Assembly: GCA_038231275.1 (NCBI GenBank)
Contig: JBBRLQ010000018.1
Span: forward strand, 64,001-128,000
Length of the DNA: 64,000 nucleotides
Origin: Polyangiales bacterium
GTDB lineage: Bacteria; Myxococcota_A; Polyangia; Polyangiales; Polyangiaceae
Reading direction: 5' to 3'
The translations under genes were made by a program, and so were the position numbers. Shown piece after piece: positions 1 to 9,242 of this stretch (its first letter is position 1; every line of letters begins with the position of its first letter). The notes beneath the pieces are model-generated. The model ran no database searches and was not told the DNA's origin. It saw nothing but the letters and a program-made list of their open reading frames with translations.

Positions 1-994
1 GACGCGAGCCGTCCTGCGCTTGCCTCAAGATGGGCTCGAGGCTCGCGAAGAAGTCCTTCACGTTGTCGAACCGCGCCTCCGGATCGATCGCCGTCGCGCG
101 CGCGATCCGCAGGTCGAGCTGCTCGATGAGATCGTTCTGCCCCGCCAGCTCCGCCGGGAGGCTTCCTTTGTGCTTCATGCACGAGGGCCGCGGATCGACG
201 AGGATGCGCTTCACGATGAGCAGCGGATTTTCGCCGTCTTTGTAGGGAAACGCCGGCTTGTTCGTGAGCATCTCGAACACGATCGCCGCCAGCGAGAACA
301 CGTCCGTGCGCGGGGAGACGCGCTTATTTCCCTGCTCGTATTGCTCGGGCGGCGCGTAGCCGAGCGACGCTCCGGCGAGCGCTGCGGTGCGGTGGAGGTT
401 GATGTCGGCGAGCTTCACGAGACCGAAGTCGGTGACCTTCGCGACCTCGCTCCCCGCCTCGTTCGCGAGCAGGATGTTCGACGGCTTCAGGTCGCGGTGG
501 ACGACCTTCTGCTGGTGAACCGCGTCGAGCGCGAGGCACACTTGACGCGTGATGCGCCGGACGCGCTCGACCGGCAGGCCGCGGCTCGGTGTCTGCGCGA
601 GCACCTGCTCGAGCGTCGGACCGTTCACGTACTCGAGCACCGTGAACGGCAAGCTGATCCGCTCGCCCCCCACGGGCACCGGCATCTCCACCACCGAGTG
701 ATCGAAGAACCGCACGATGTGTGGATTCGGCCGCGCCTGTTGCGACAGCATTCGGAGCGTGTCCGCCTCGCGCTGGAACCGTCGCAGCGCCTCGCCGTGG
801 ACCGCGTCGGGCCGGAGGACCTTGACGATCACGACCAGGCCGCCCGGCTCGTCCCAGTTGGCCTTGTAGACCCAGCCCTGCCCGCCCTCGCCGATGCACT
901 CGCGGACGTGGTAAGCGACCCCCCCGGAGCCGCGCAGGACTTGCCCGACGAACGAGTCTCGAATCGAGACCAGACGCGGGTCGAACGGAATCAT
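1..994 (-). CDS. Serine/threonine protein kinase (runs off the left edge)
   Basis: Translated by hand from the minus strand: MIPFDPRL...IGEGGQGWVY (Gly loop), VIVKVL, HRDLKPSNILL, VTDFGL. Not in the ORF track because it is open at the edge. Confidence 0.9.
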   Translation of the reverse strand, partial: MIPFDPRLVSIRDSFVGQVLRGSGGVAYHVRECIGEGGQGWVYKANWDEPGGLVVIVKVLRPDAVHGEALRRFQREADTLRMLSQQARPNPHIVRFFDHSVVEMPVPVGGERISLPFTVLEYVNGPTLEQVLAQTPSRGLPVERVRRITRQVCLALDAVHQQKVVHRDLKPSNILLANEAGSEVAKVTDFGLVKLADINLHRTAALAGASLGYAPPEQYEQGNKRVSPRTDVFSLAAIVFEMLTNKPAFPYKDGENPLLIVKRILVDPRPSCMKHKGSLPAELAGQNDLIEQLDLRIARATAIDPEARFDNVKDFFASLEPILRQAQDGSR

Positions 995-1087
995 CGGGGG
1001 AACCCCAGCATAGGACCTATCGGCCCCCGCCGCCTACCCCCGCGCCTACTCCCGCGCCGACTCCCCCGCGCATCGACCCGCTCGGCT

Positions 1088-1411
1088 TCAGGCGAGCAGC
1101 TTGAGCAGGGTTTCTTTGTTCGTCACGCCGACGTGCTGGCCGGCCTTCTGGCCCGCCTTGAAGATGATGACCGTCGGAACGCCGCGGATCCCATAGCGTT
1201 GCGTGACGCCGGGCGCGTCGTCGATGTCGAGCTTGCCGACCTTGAACTTGCCGACGTTCTCGTCGGCGATCTTCTCGACGATGGGAGACAACATCTTGCA
1301 GGGGCCACACCACGTCGCCGTGAAGTCGACGAGGACGGGGACTTGCGACTCGAGGACCTCCTTGTCGAAGTTGCCGTCTGTGAGCTCGATCACGTTCTTG
1401 CTGGCCGCCAT
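1088..1411 (-). CDS. trxA: Thioredoxin
   Basis: VLVDFTATWCGPC active site and YGIRGVPT motif; GGAG RBS before the ATG at 1411. Confidence 0.95.
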   Translation of the reverse strand: MAASKNVIELTDGNFDKEVLESQVPVLVDFTATWCGPCKMLSPIVEKIADENVGKFKVGKLDIDDAPGVTQRYGIRGVPTVIIFKAGQKAGQHVGVTNKETLLKLLA

Positions 1412-1554
1412 GGGGTCTCCTGAGGTGCTGCGCCGTTGCCTTCGCCGTCTTGGCGCGATGGGTTCAGACGGGCTTAACAACTTAATCGTCCGGACCCCGT
1501 TTGTCACTCCACGCGAGGGCCCTTGTTTACAAGCGTTTCGTCATTTTTCGATGC

Positions 1555-2670
1555 TCAGGGGGCGCGCGAGGAGTCTCGCGGGGCGGCGTCGCGGGCGGGC
1601 AGCACCTCGTCCGGAGGGGGCGGCGGCCGAGGCGGGGTCGACGCTTTTTGTGGCGGGGCAGGGCGACCGCGGAGCTTTTGAATACGGTCGAGGCTCGCGC
1701 CAAGATCCGCGGAGCGGGCGTGCGTCGTCGCGGTCAACGTCGGTCCGTCGACCTTGGCGTCGAACGCGTCGATGACGGGACCGAGCCCGACGAGGCGAAG
1801 CGCGAGGTCCTGCGAGAAGCCGAGGCGCTTCGCGAGGGCGAGCTTGCGGACCTCGTCGCACGCGCTCGCGGAGTCGCAGCGCAGCTCGGCCTTCGCTTCG
1901 AGCATCCCGGAGTCGGTCTCGCGGAGGGCCACGCCGGCAGCGCGAACGCCGAGGACGCCGCCCATCGTCGCGTTGCTCCCGGCGACGCCGAGCTCCGCGC
2001 CCATCTCGCGCTTCAAGCGGTCGCGAAGGTCGCGCGGGAGGATCGCGGTGACGACGAGGAGCGGCTTGGTCCCCGACGGGGCGAGCGTCTCGCGAAGCTC
2101 CATGTGGTCGCGGCTCTCTCGCGCGCTCGGCGCCCGTCGCTCGGCGGTGGCGATCATCGCGCGAACGAAGGCCGCACGCCCCACGACGATCGGGCCGGTG
2201 TCGCGTACGGCGAGCGCGTGGCCCTTCTCGTCGGCGACGAAATAGAAGGCGCCGATCTGCTCGACCTTGCGCGTCTCGCCGCGCGCGCCGGCGACGTTCT
2301 CCGCACATCGGACCAGTTCCTCGCGCGTGAGCTGTGCGCTCGCGGCGACACCGAAATCGCCGGACTCGCCTCCTTCGGGGATCGCGATGGCCAGCTCGTC
2401 GATGCGCCCCAACGGGTCGAAGCCGCACGCCAGCGCGAGGTCTGCGAGGCCTGCGGTCTGCGTGAGCGGCCCGTCCTTGTCGAAGACGGCCGTGTAGAGA
2501 GGTGAGGCGCGGAGGCGGGCGACGTCGATGGTCGCGACGAGGAACGAGCCGGCGGGGACCGCGTCGAAGGGCCCGGTGCCGGGGCCGTGCAGCAGCGCCG
2601 CGTACGCGAGCGAGCCGGCAGCCAAGACCGCAGCCGCGAGCGCGAACGGACGAAGGTTGCCGGCGGGCAT
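1555..2670 (-). CDS. Hypothetical membrane-anchored/secreted protein
   Basis: N-terminal hydrophobic segment, globular body and Pro-rich tail; start chosen at MPAGNL. Confidence 0.7.
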   Translation of the reverse strand: MPAGNLRPFALAAAVLAAGSLAYAALLHGPGTGPFDAVPAGSFLVATIDVARLRASPLYTAVFDKDGPLTQTAGLADLALACGFDPLGRIDELAIAIPEGGESGDFGVAASAQLTREELVRCAENVAGARGETRKVEQIGAFYFVADEKGHALAVRDTGPIVVGRAAFVRAMIATAERRAPSARESRDHMELRETLAPSGTKPLLVVTAILPRDLRDRLKREMGAELGVAGSNATMGGVLGVRAAGVALRETDSGMLEAKAELRCDSASACDEVRKLALAKRLGFSQDLALRLVGLGPVIDAFDAKVDGPTLTATTHARSADLGASLDRIQKLRGRPAPPQKASTPPRPPPPPDEVLPARDAAPRDSSRAP

Positions 2671-2741
2671 GGGACGAAGCTGTAGCGCATTGACAGACCG
2701 GCCGCACCGGACCACGCTGGCCGTCGAGGGGATCCGGCACC

Positions 2742-2981
2742 ATGGCGCTCGTTCTGGGAATGGTCGCGTTGGGCGTCGTGCTCGTGGGCGTCGTCGTCGC
2801 GATCGTGTTCGCGGGGCGACAGGCCGATCACGAGGCGGCGCCGCGCAGCGAGCCCGGCGACTTCGTCGGGCCGGTCAGCTCCGGCGGCTACGCGTTCCGG
2901 CGCACGGACGAGACCCAAAAAGACTTCCACGACCGCATCGCGCGCGAGAACGCGCCGCCGCAGAGCTCGCCGAAGACCTGA
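2742..2981 (+). CDS. Small single-TM membrane protein
   Basis: Hydrophobic N-terminal helix followed by a charged tail; fills the gap between neighbouring genes. Confidence 0.65.
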   Translation: MALVLGMVALGVVLVGVVVAIVFAGRQADHEAAPRSEPGDFVGPVSSGGYAFRRTDETQKDFHDRIARENAPPQSSPKT

Positions 2982-3641
2982 TCACGCCGGTTTCCAGCCC
3001 GCGGCCGCCGCCTCCGCGAGCGCTGCCTCGGGGGCCGTCGCGGCGACCGATGGACGGGCGGCGAAGCGCGCCACCCGCGCCGCGACCCGCGCATACCGTT
3101 CGAGATCGCGCACGAAGCCGTAGTGGGCGACGTGCTGCCACATGCAGACGGCGGCGACGTCTCCGTAGTCGAAGCGCTCGAGATCCGGATCGGTGTTGCG
3201 ATCGAGCCACGCGAGCCCGGTCTCGATGGCCGCTGCGAGCTTGCGGAAATAGGCGACGCCGTCGACGTCCGGCAGGCCAGCGCGCTTCGCGAGGATGAGG
3301 ACGACCTCGTTGTTCATGATGCCGTTGGCGACGGCGAGGCGGTTCAAATCTTCGGCGCGCTCGCTGCGCACGCCGAAGCGGTCCGCGGGGTCGAACTTCC
3401 CGACGACGTAGCGCGCGATGTGGTCGGATTCGATGAGCGCGGTGCCGTCGTGCACGAGCGTAGGGACGCGCATGAGCGGGTTGTCGCCGTACCCCTCGGG
3501 CGTCGCCGACAGGACGCTCGTGGCGCGGACGAATTCGTAGTCCACGCCGAGCTCGGCGAAGAGGATGCGGATTTTTCGGGTGAAATGGGAAAGCGGAGTT
3601 CCGTGAAGCCGAGGCGTGCCCGAGGGGTATACTTGGTACAT
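2982..3641 (-). CDS. Glutathione S-transferase family protein (start uncertain)
   Basis: LHGTPLSHFTRKIRI, NPLMRVPTL, LIESDHIARY and FDYGD are GST N- and C-domain motifs. Confidence 0.88.
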   Translation of the reverse strand: MYQVYPSGTPRLHGTPLSHFTRKIRILFAELGVDYEFVRATSVLSATPEGYGDNPLMRVPTLVHDGTALIESDHIARYVVGKFDPADRFGVRSERAEDLNRLAVANGIMNNEVVLILAKRAGLPDVDGVAYFRKLAAAIETGLAWLDRNTDPDLERFDYGDVAAVCMWQHVAHYGFVRDLERYARVAARVARFAARPSVAATAPEAALAEAAAAGWKPA

Positions 3642-4536
3642 GAGCGCCTCGACGAACGTGCGTCAGCAGGCGGGCGCCCGCAAGACGTTCGATGCCATCT
3701 GTGTGGGAGAGGCGGCGTGGAAGCTCGTCGGCGACGGCGCCACGGGTCTTCGCCTTCGTCCGAGCAGCGGCGCGGTCAACATCGCACTCCACTTGTGCAA
3801 GGAGGGCATGCGCGTGGGGCTCTCGACGGTGCTCGTCGACGATGCGAACGGGCGCGCGGCCATGGCGCGGGTTGCGGCGGCGGGCGTCGACGTCACGGGC
3901 GTAACGTTCACCCGGCCGCGCGCGGGGCTGGTGGTCGTGGACGCGCGCGGCGAGGCGAACCCACTCGCCGCGGAGCTCGAGGCGACGCCGGCGTTCGACG
4001 TCCCGCCCGCATGGTCGTCGCAGGTGGTCGTGTTGTCGGGCCTCTCGCCCGTCGTGGCGCACGCGGCCGCGCTCTGCAAGGCGGCGCGACGCGCGCGTCG
4101 TGACGGATCGGTCGTCCTCCTCGACTTCAACGCCGCCCTCCACGCGTGGGCAGGGCGTGACGCGCGCACCATTCGCATGGTGCTCCGCAAGGTCGACGTC
4201 GCGCGATGCAGCGTCGCGGATCTCGCCGTTCTCGGCATGTCCGCCGACGAGGCGAGCGCGGCGTTGCGGCCCACGGCGACATTGGTCGTCGGCGAGCCCG
4301 GCGGACGCGTGAGCGCGGTCGGGCCGTTCGGCGCCGTCGTCTTCGCTCCGCCCGGGTCGGCTCACGAAGGCGCGGCCGCGCGGCCCGGCGCTGGCGACGC
4401 GCTCACGGCGTCGATTTGCCATGAGCTCACCGCCCGCCGCGACTCCGGTGAGAGCGTGGAGGCTCTTTGGGAACGCGCGCTGCGCCGCGGCAACGAGCTC
4501 GGCCGTCGCGCCGCCGCGCTACCTCGAACCCCTTAG
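3640..4536 (+). CDS. PfkB-family carbohydrate kinase
   Basis: ICVGE, GAVNIA, VLLDFN and the C-terminal PGAGDAL signature; TATACT lies 6 nt before the ATG. Confidence 0.8.
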   Translation: MSASTNVRQQAGARKTFDAICVGEAAWKLVGDGATGLRLRPSSGAVNIALHLCKEGMRVGLSTVLVDDANGRAAMARVAAAGVDVTGVTFTRPRAGLVVVDARGEANPLAAELEATPAFDVPPAWSSQVVVLSGLSPVVAHAAALCKAARRARRDGSVVLLDFNAALHAWAGRDARTIRMVLRKVDVARCSVADLAVLGMSADEASAALRPTATLVVGEPGGRVSAVGPFGAVVFAPPGSAHEGAAARPGAGDALTASICHELTARRDSGESVEALWERALRRGNELGRRAAALPRTP

Positions 4537-4553
4537 CCGGCTATGCTTCGGTC

Positions 4554-5828
4554 GTGGGCTTCGCCGCAGCGCGCATTGGAATCGGGACGACGGTCCTGCT
4601 GCTCGCATGCTCGACCTCCTCGGCACCGAAGGCCGCGGCAGATCCCGACGCAGGCGCCGACGCGAGCGTGCGCGATGCGGGTCCAGACGGGGGCGGCACG
4701 CTCGACGTCGCGATGTCGGCCGCGGTGAAATCCGGCGACGACTTCTACCACTGCAAGTACGTGACGCTCCCGCGCGCCGCTTCGGGGGCCACGACGTTCT
4801 TCGTTGCCGCCTCGCACACGTACGGGGGTTGCCATCACATCCTCGTCTTTCGCACGAACCTCACGGCGATCCCGGCGGGCCAGGAAGGCGAGCGAGATTG
4901 CTTCGCGCCCGACGACGTGATGCCCCACGCGCGCGCGCAAATTTACGGGTCCGAGCTGCGCGTCGACTCGTTCACGATGCCCGACGGTGTCGGGCTGCCG
5001 CTTGCAGATGGTGAGGTGCTTCTCGTGCAAGTGCACTACCTCAACGCGGCGGCTACGTCGTCGGATGCGAACGCGTCGCTCACGCTTCGCACGGCGACCG
5101 TCGGGGTCACTCAGCGCGCCGGCGCGTTCTATTTCGCCGACCCGTTCATCGACGTCGGTGTTGGCCAACGGGGTCAAGCGTCGATGCGTTGCGTGATCCC
5201 GCAAGACGCCACGTTGCTCACGGTTGCGGGTACCGCGCACGCCCGCGCGACCGATTTCTCGGCGTTCCTCGATCCGGCCGGGGCTCCACCCTCGACCTCT
5301 CCGCTTTACCGCGCGCCCGGCACGGCCAACCCACTTCCGCTGCGGACGAGCAAGGCCGTCGCGGGCGGGGAGCACGTCCGCTTCTCGTGCACGTTCGACA
5401 ACGCGCGCGGCACGACGGAGATCCTCGGCGGACCGCGCAACGACGCCGACGAAGCGTGCGCGCTCTCCGGTCTCTACACCCCGGCGCAAGGCGATGACGT
5501 CGACGCGTGCCGCGCCGCGCCCGACGGCTTCGGGACCGGCGCCGCGACCTGCGCACAAACGCGCGCGTGCGTCGACGCGTGCCCTGCGGCGAGCGCGCCT
5601 CCTCCCGATCTCGGGCTCGGGGACGGCGGCGCCGCCGATCCCTGCTGGCAGCGCTGCATGGTCGCGTCGTGCTCGGACGCGTCGCGGCTGCTCCTCACGC
5701 TTCGCGCGTGCGTCGCGGCGCGGTGCGCGTCCTCGTGCGCGGGCGGACCGAGCGCGCCGTGCACGACGTGCATCCAGTCGTCGTGCACCGCCGAGAGCAA
5801 CGCATGCGACGCCTACGCCTGCCCCTGA
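4554..5828 (+). CDS. Copper type II (PHM/DBH-like) monooxygenase-fold lipoprotein with Cys-rich C-terminus
   Basis: Lipobox LLAC; CHHILVF and QVHYLN motifs; second copper site appears altered (TAH, EAC); TATGCT lies 6 nt before the GTG. Confidence 0.7.
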   Translation: MGFAAARIGIGTTVLLLACSTSSAPKAAADPDAGADASVRDAGPDGGGTLDVAMSAAVKSGDDFYHCKYVTLPRAASGATTFFVAASHTYGGCHHILVFRTNLTAIPAGQEGERDCFAPDDVMPHARAQIYGSELRVDSFTMPDGVGLPLADGEVLLVQVHYLNAAATSSDANASLTLRTATVGVTQRAGAFYFADPFIDVGVGQRGQASMRCVIPQDATLLTVAGTAHARATDFSAFLDPAGAPPSTSPLYRAPGTANPLPLRTSKAVAGGEHVRFSCTFDNARGTTEILGGPRNDADEACALSGLYTPAQGDDVDACRAAPDGFGTGAATCAQTRACVDACPAASAPPPDLGLGDGGAADPCWQRCMVASCSDASRLLLTLRACVAARCASSCAGGPSAPCTTCIQSSCTAESNACDAYACP

Positions 5829-7171
5829 TCCTCGCGAGCGTCCCCGTGCTCGCGGGCGTCGTCGTCGCGTGCGAGCGTGGAGGCGATCCGCCACGGCCCG
5901 ATCCGCCGATCGCGCCGTCCGCGCCGCCTCCCGCGAGCACGGCCGCCATCGATCCCGAGACGTGCCGCGGGTGCCACGAAGGGCACGTCACCGCGTGGTC
6001 CGGCAGCATGCACGCGTACGCGACCGACGATCCGGTGTTCCTCGCCATGGAAGCGCGCGGACAACGTGAGACGGGAGGCGCGCTCGGAAACTTCTGCGTC
6101 TCGTGCCATGCGCCGCTGGCGGTGGCGAACGCGCGCGGCGCCGCCGTCGATCCGAAGAGCCTCCCGCGAACCCTTCGCGGCGTGACGTGCTTCTTCTGCC
6201 ACTCGGTGGACGCGACGCTCGATCTCCATGACGGCGCGCTTCGCCTCGCGGGCGATGGCGCGTTCCGTGGCGCGATCACCGATCCTGTACCTTCGAGCGC
6301 GCACGCGTCCATGTATTCGCCCATGCACGATCGCGCGCGCCCCGAGGCGGCGGCGACCTGCGGCGCGTGCCACGACGTGCGTATGCCGAGCGGCGCCGAT
6401 CTCGAGCGAACGTACGCCGAGTGGGCGACGACGGTGTTCGCGCAAGCCACGCCAGAGGCGAAGACGTGCGGGGGCTGCCACATGCCCGGCAGCCAAGGCG
6501 CCGCGGCCTCCGTCGCGGCCTCGCCGGTCCGGACGGTGCACGATCACACGATGGCGGCGCTCGACGTCCCGCTCGGATCATTCCCCGAGACGGCGCCGCA
6601 GCGGAAGGCGGTGCAGCTCGCGCTCGACTCGGCGCTCACGGCGAAGCTCTGCGTCATCGCGCCCGGCGACGTCCAGATCACCCTAGAAAATAGCCGGATC
6701 GGCCACGCGTGGCCAACCGGCGCCACGCACGACCGCCGCGCGTGGGTGGAGCTGCGAGCGTTCGCCGGCGGCGCCGAGGTGTGGTCGCGCGGAGCCGCCG
6801 CGAACGATCTGCCGCCGGATCCTCGGACCGAGCCCGACGCGATCCTCCTCGGCGGTACCCTCTTCGACGCGCACGCCGCTCCCGTGAAATTCTTGTGGCA
6901 AGCCGCCTCGACACGCACGGTCGTCCTTGCCCCGAAGACGTCGGACGCGCCTGGCGGCACGCATCCCCTCGTGACGCGCTACGCGCCGCCGGCGAACGTC
7001 GATCGCGTGACGATGCGCGTTCGGGTGACGCCGTTCGCGCCGGAGGTGCTGGACGATCTCGTCGCGAGCGGCGATCTCGCGGCGTCCGTGCGTGGAAACG
7101 TGCCGACGTTCTCGCTGGCCTCGACGACGCTCGAGTGGACGAAGGATCGCGGCTACGCGTGCGTGCCGTGA
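5804..7171 (+). CDS. Multiheme (5 CxxCH) c-type cytochrome lipoprotein
   Basis: CRGCH, CVSCH, CFFCH, CGACH and CGGCH; IGHAWPTG motif; lipobox VVAC. Confidence 0.9.
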   Translation: MRRLRLPLILASVPVLAGVVVACERGGDPPRPDPPIAPSAPPPASTAAIDPETCRGCHEGHVTAWSGSMHAYATDDPVFLAMEARGQRETGGALGNFCVSCHAPLAVANARGAAVDPKSLPRTLRGVTCFFCHSVDATLDLHDGALRLAGDGAFRGAITDPVPSSAHASMYSPMHDRARPEAAATCGACHDVRMPSGADLERTYAEWATTVFAQATPEAKTCGGCHMPGSQGAAASVAASPVRTVHDHTMAALDVPLGSFPETAPQRKAVQLALDSALTAKLCVIAPGDVQITLENSRIGHAWPTGATHDRRAWVELRAFAGGAEVWSRGAAANDLPPDPRTEPDAILLGGTLFDAHAAPVKFLWQAASTRTVVLAPKTSDAPGGTHPLVTRYAPPANVDRVTMRVRVTPFAPEVLDDLVASGDLAASVRGNVPTFSLASTTLEWTKDRGYACVP

Positions 7172-7178
7172 AGGTCGC

Positions 7179-8021
7179 TCACTGCTTCATCGTGATCGTG
7201 ATCGGCGCGCCCGCGACGGGACCGCTCACGATGGCGTCGTTCGCATATTTCGCCCAGTAGATGCGCACGGTCACCGGTCCCTGCAAGCTCGCGAGCGTGC
7301 TCCACGACACCGGATCGGGCGCCCAGAACGTCGTTGCGACCATCGCGCGCATCACTTCGGTGCAGCCTTGGGTGAACACGAGGACGTAGCCGTCGCCGCC
7401 GAGTGGCGTGAGCGCGTGCGCTTCGGGCAGCGCGAGATCGACGAGGTCCAGCACCGGCGAGCGTCGCGCCTGCGCTCCCTTGTTCCACGCGAAAATGGAC
7501 CACTCGTCGGCGGTGAGCGCGGTGCCGTCGGCAGGCTCGACGAAGACGGGCGCGCGGCCGCTCGCGCCATAGGAAACCGTGCCGCCGGTCTGCGCGTCGA
7601 CGAATGCGGCGCACGCGGCGCTCGTGAACGACACGTCGCCCGGCCCAACCGGCCCACAAGGATTTACTGCCGCGTCTCCGCCGTCGCCGCTCGCGCCTGC
7701 GTCGCCGCTCGCGCCCGCGTCGAGGTGCTTCGGATCGCACGCAAGCGACGGGAAGAAGACGGCGCGCGGATCGCTCCCGTCGCACGCTGCGCGAAGGTTC
7801 GCGCGGAGCGGGCAGCCTCCGCCGTCGTCGGTCGCGCCGTCCGGTCCTGGTCCGCCGTCGCCGACGGTCACGTCCGCGGCCTGCACGTCTCGCCCCGCGT
7901 CGTCGGCGGCGTTCGTGGACGAAGTGCTGCAGCTCGCGACCAGCACCGGGAGGCCCCACGCGAGCCCGGCCCCGAGGATCGTGCCGCGCGCCACACTCCG
8001 CCCGTTCATCCCTGTACTCAT
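7179..8021 (-). CDS. Hypothetical lipoprotein
   Basis: Lipobox VASC, DAG-rich linkers and a Cys-containing body. Confidence 0.7.
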   Translation of the reverse strand: MSTGMNGRSVARGTILGAGLAWGLPVLVASCSTSSTNAADDAGRDVQAADVTVGDGGPGPDGATDDGGGCPLRANLRAACDGSDPRAVFFPSLACDPKHLDAGASGDAGASGDGGDAAVNPCGPVGPGDVSFTSAACAAFVDAQTGGTVSYGASGRAPVFVEPADGTALTADEWSIFAWNKGAQARRSPVLDLVDLALPEAHALTPLGGDGYVLVFTQGCTEVMRAMVATTFWAPDPVSWSTLASLQGPVTVRIYWAKYANDAIVSGPVAGAPITITMKQ

Positions 8022-8272
8022 ACCGCGCCGCCGGGAAGGGGGCCACTCGCCGCTCCGACGAGCCAGGAGTTATCTACGCCGCCTTGGGATCCGCAGCGCG
8101 GCGGCCACCGTTCATCCTGCGCCCCTCGGGCCTCGGCGGGGACTCGCGACGCTCGACGACCTGGCGGCGATCGGGGGAGCTTCGGCGTTCTTTCGTCGGG
8201 GCGGGACGGGTGCGGCGGGCCATTTTCCGACCCTCGCGCCCGCGGCCCGCGAAGGCAACTTTTCGGCGAAGC

Positions 8273-8818
8273 TCACGTCGTCATGCACGCGCGCAGCGAG
8301 GCCTTTGCGCGATGCAGGAGCACGGCGACGTGGCCCGCCGAGATCCCGAGCGCGCGCGCGACGTCCTCGCCCGGCTGCTCCTCGAGCATGCGCAGTGTCA
8401 CGACCGCGCGCTGGATGGCGCACAGCTCCTCCACGCACAACCGGAGCCGGACGTGCTCCTCCGCGCGAACGAGGAGCGCCTCGGCCACCGGCGCGTCCAC
8501 ATCGGCGAGCGCGTCGACGAGCGGCTCGTGCGGACGCGCCCGGTCGTGGCGACGTCGCCGGTTTCGCGCGGCGTTCCGCACCATGCCGGCGAGGACGCTC
8601 GCCTGCTCGACGGCGTCCCCGGGCAGCCGTCCATTCCGCGCGGCGTCGAGCCACGTGCACAGCGCCTCTTGCACGCAGTCGACCGCGTCTTCTGGAGCGA
8701 GCCCCTCCGCGCGCGCCAAGGCCGCGAGCCCCCCACGCTCACGTCGCGCGAGGTGGGAGAGTCGCCCCAGGAGCTCGTCGTCGTCGTCGGTCGCGCTGTT
8801 CATCGTGGTGGTCGTCAC
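8273..8818 (-). CDS. ECF-type sigma-70 factor (Cys-rich)
   Basis: Region 2 (EDAVDCVQEAL...VRNAARNRRRR) and region 4 HTH (QRAVVTLRMLEEQPGEDVARALGISAGHVAVLLHRAKASLR). Confidence 0.88.
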   Translation of the reverse strand: MTTTTMNSATDDDDELLGRLSHLARRERGGLAALARAEGLAPEDAVDCVQEALCTWLDAARNGRLPGDAVEQASVLAGMVRNAARNRRRRHDRARPHEPLVDALADVDAPVAEALLVRAEEHVRLRLCVEELCAIQRAVVTLRMLEEQPGEDVARALGISAGHVAVLLHRAKASLRACMTT

Positions 8819-8906
8819 GGGAGCTCAGGTCTCGAGCGGGCCTAACATTACGAACGTTGTCACACGCGCTCGCGTAATTCGAGGACCCGGCGACACCTGT
8901 CCCGTC
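8819..8906. promoter_or_regulatory. Twin divergent ECF-type promoters, CGTAAT-N3-AGG-N6-CGAnACCTG-N7-start
   Basis: The same motif occurs on + (8873-8899, ATG at 8907) and on - (8852-8826, GTG at 8818), each starting 34 nt before its start codon. Confidence 0.75.
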
Positions 8907-9242
8907 ATGAAGAACCTCCCGTCCGTCACCGAGGCCTCGTTCGCCGCCGAGGTCCTCGCCTCATCCGTACCGGTCCTCGTGGATTTCACGGCCGCGTGGT
9001 GCGCGCCCTGCCGCGCCCTCGCGCCGATCCTCGAGCGCATCGCCGCCGAGGCGGAGTCTCGCCTGAAGGTCGTCACGGTCGACGGCGACGAAGAGAGCGG
9101 CCTCGCGTCCCGTTACGGCGTGCGCGGCTTCCCCACGATCCTCGCGTTCTCCGGCGGCAAGGAGGTCGGACGTCAAGTTGGCGTCGCGAACACGGAGAAG
9201 CTCCTCGCGCTCCTCGAAGGTCAGCGCGCGGTCGCGCCGTAA
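8907..9242 (+). CDS. Thioredoxin (WCAPC variant)
   Basis: VLVDFTAAWCAPC and YGVRGFPT motifs. Confidence 0.93.
   Translation: MKNLPSVTEASFAAEVLASSVPVLVDFTAAWCAPCRALAPILERIAAEAESRLKVVTVDGDEESGLASRYGVRGFPTILAFSGGKEVGRQVGVANTEKLLALLEGQRAVAP

Noticed and set aside
20..1423. 467-aa plus-strand ORF, and similar long ORFs such as 28262-30877 (-), 55140-58859 (-), 44627-47707 (+) and 11509-13575 (+)
   Set aside because: Antisense or off-frame shadows of well-supported genes; Arg/Ala-rich text with no motifs, as expected in high-GC DNA.
8022..8272. 250-bp gap downstream of the ECF gene considered as an anti-sigma gene
   Set aside because: No credible minus-strand ORF with anti-sigma features (zinc motif or TM helix) follows the sigma stop codon.
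7092..9242. Apparent 716-aa protein ending in a thioredoxin domain
   Set aside because: The upstream part is the antisense of two real genes; the thioredoxin starts at ATG 8907 with its own promoter.
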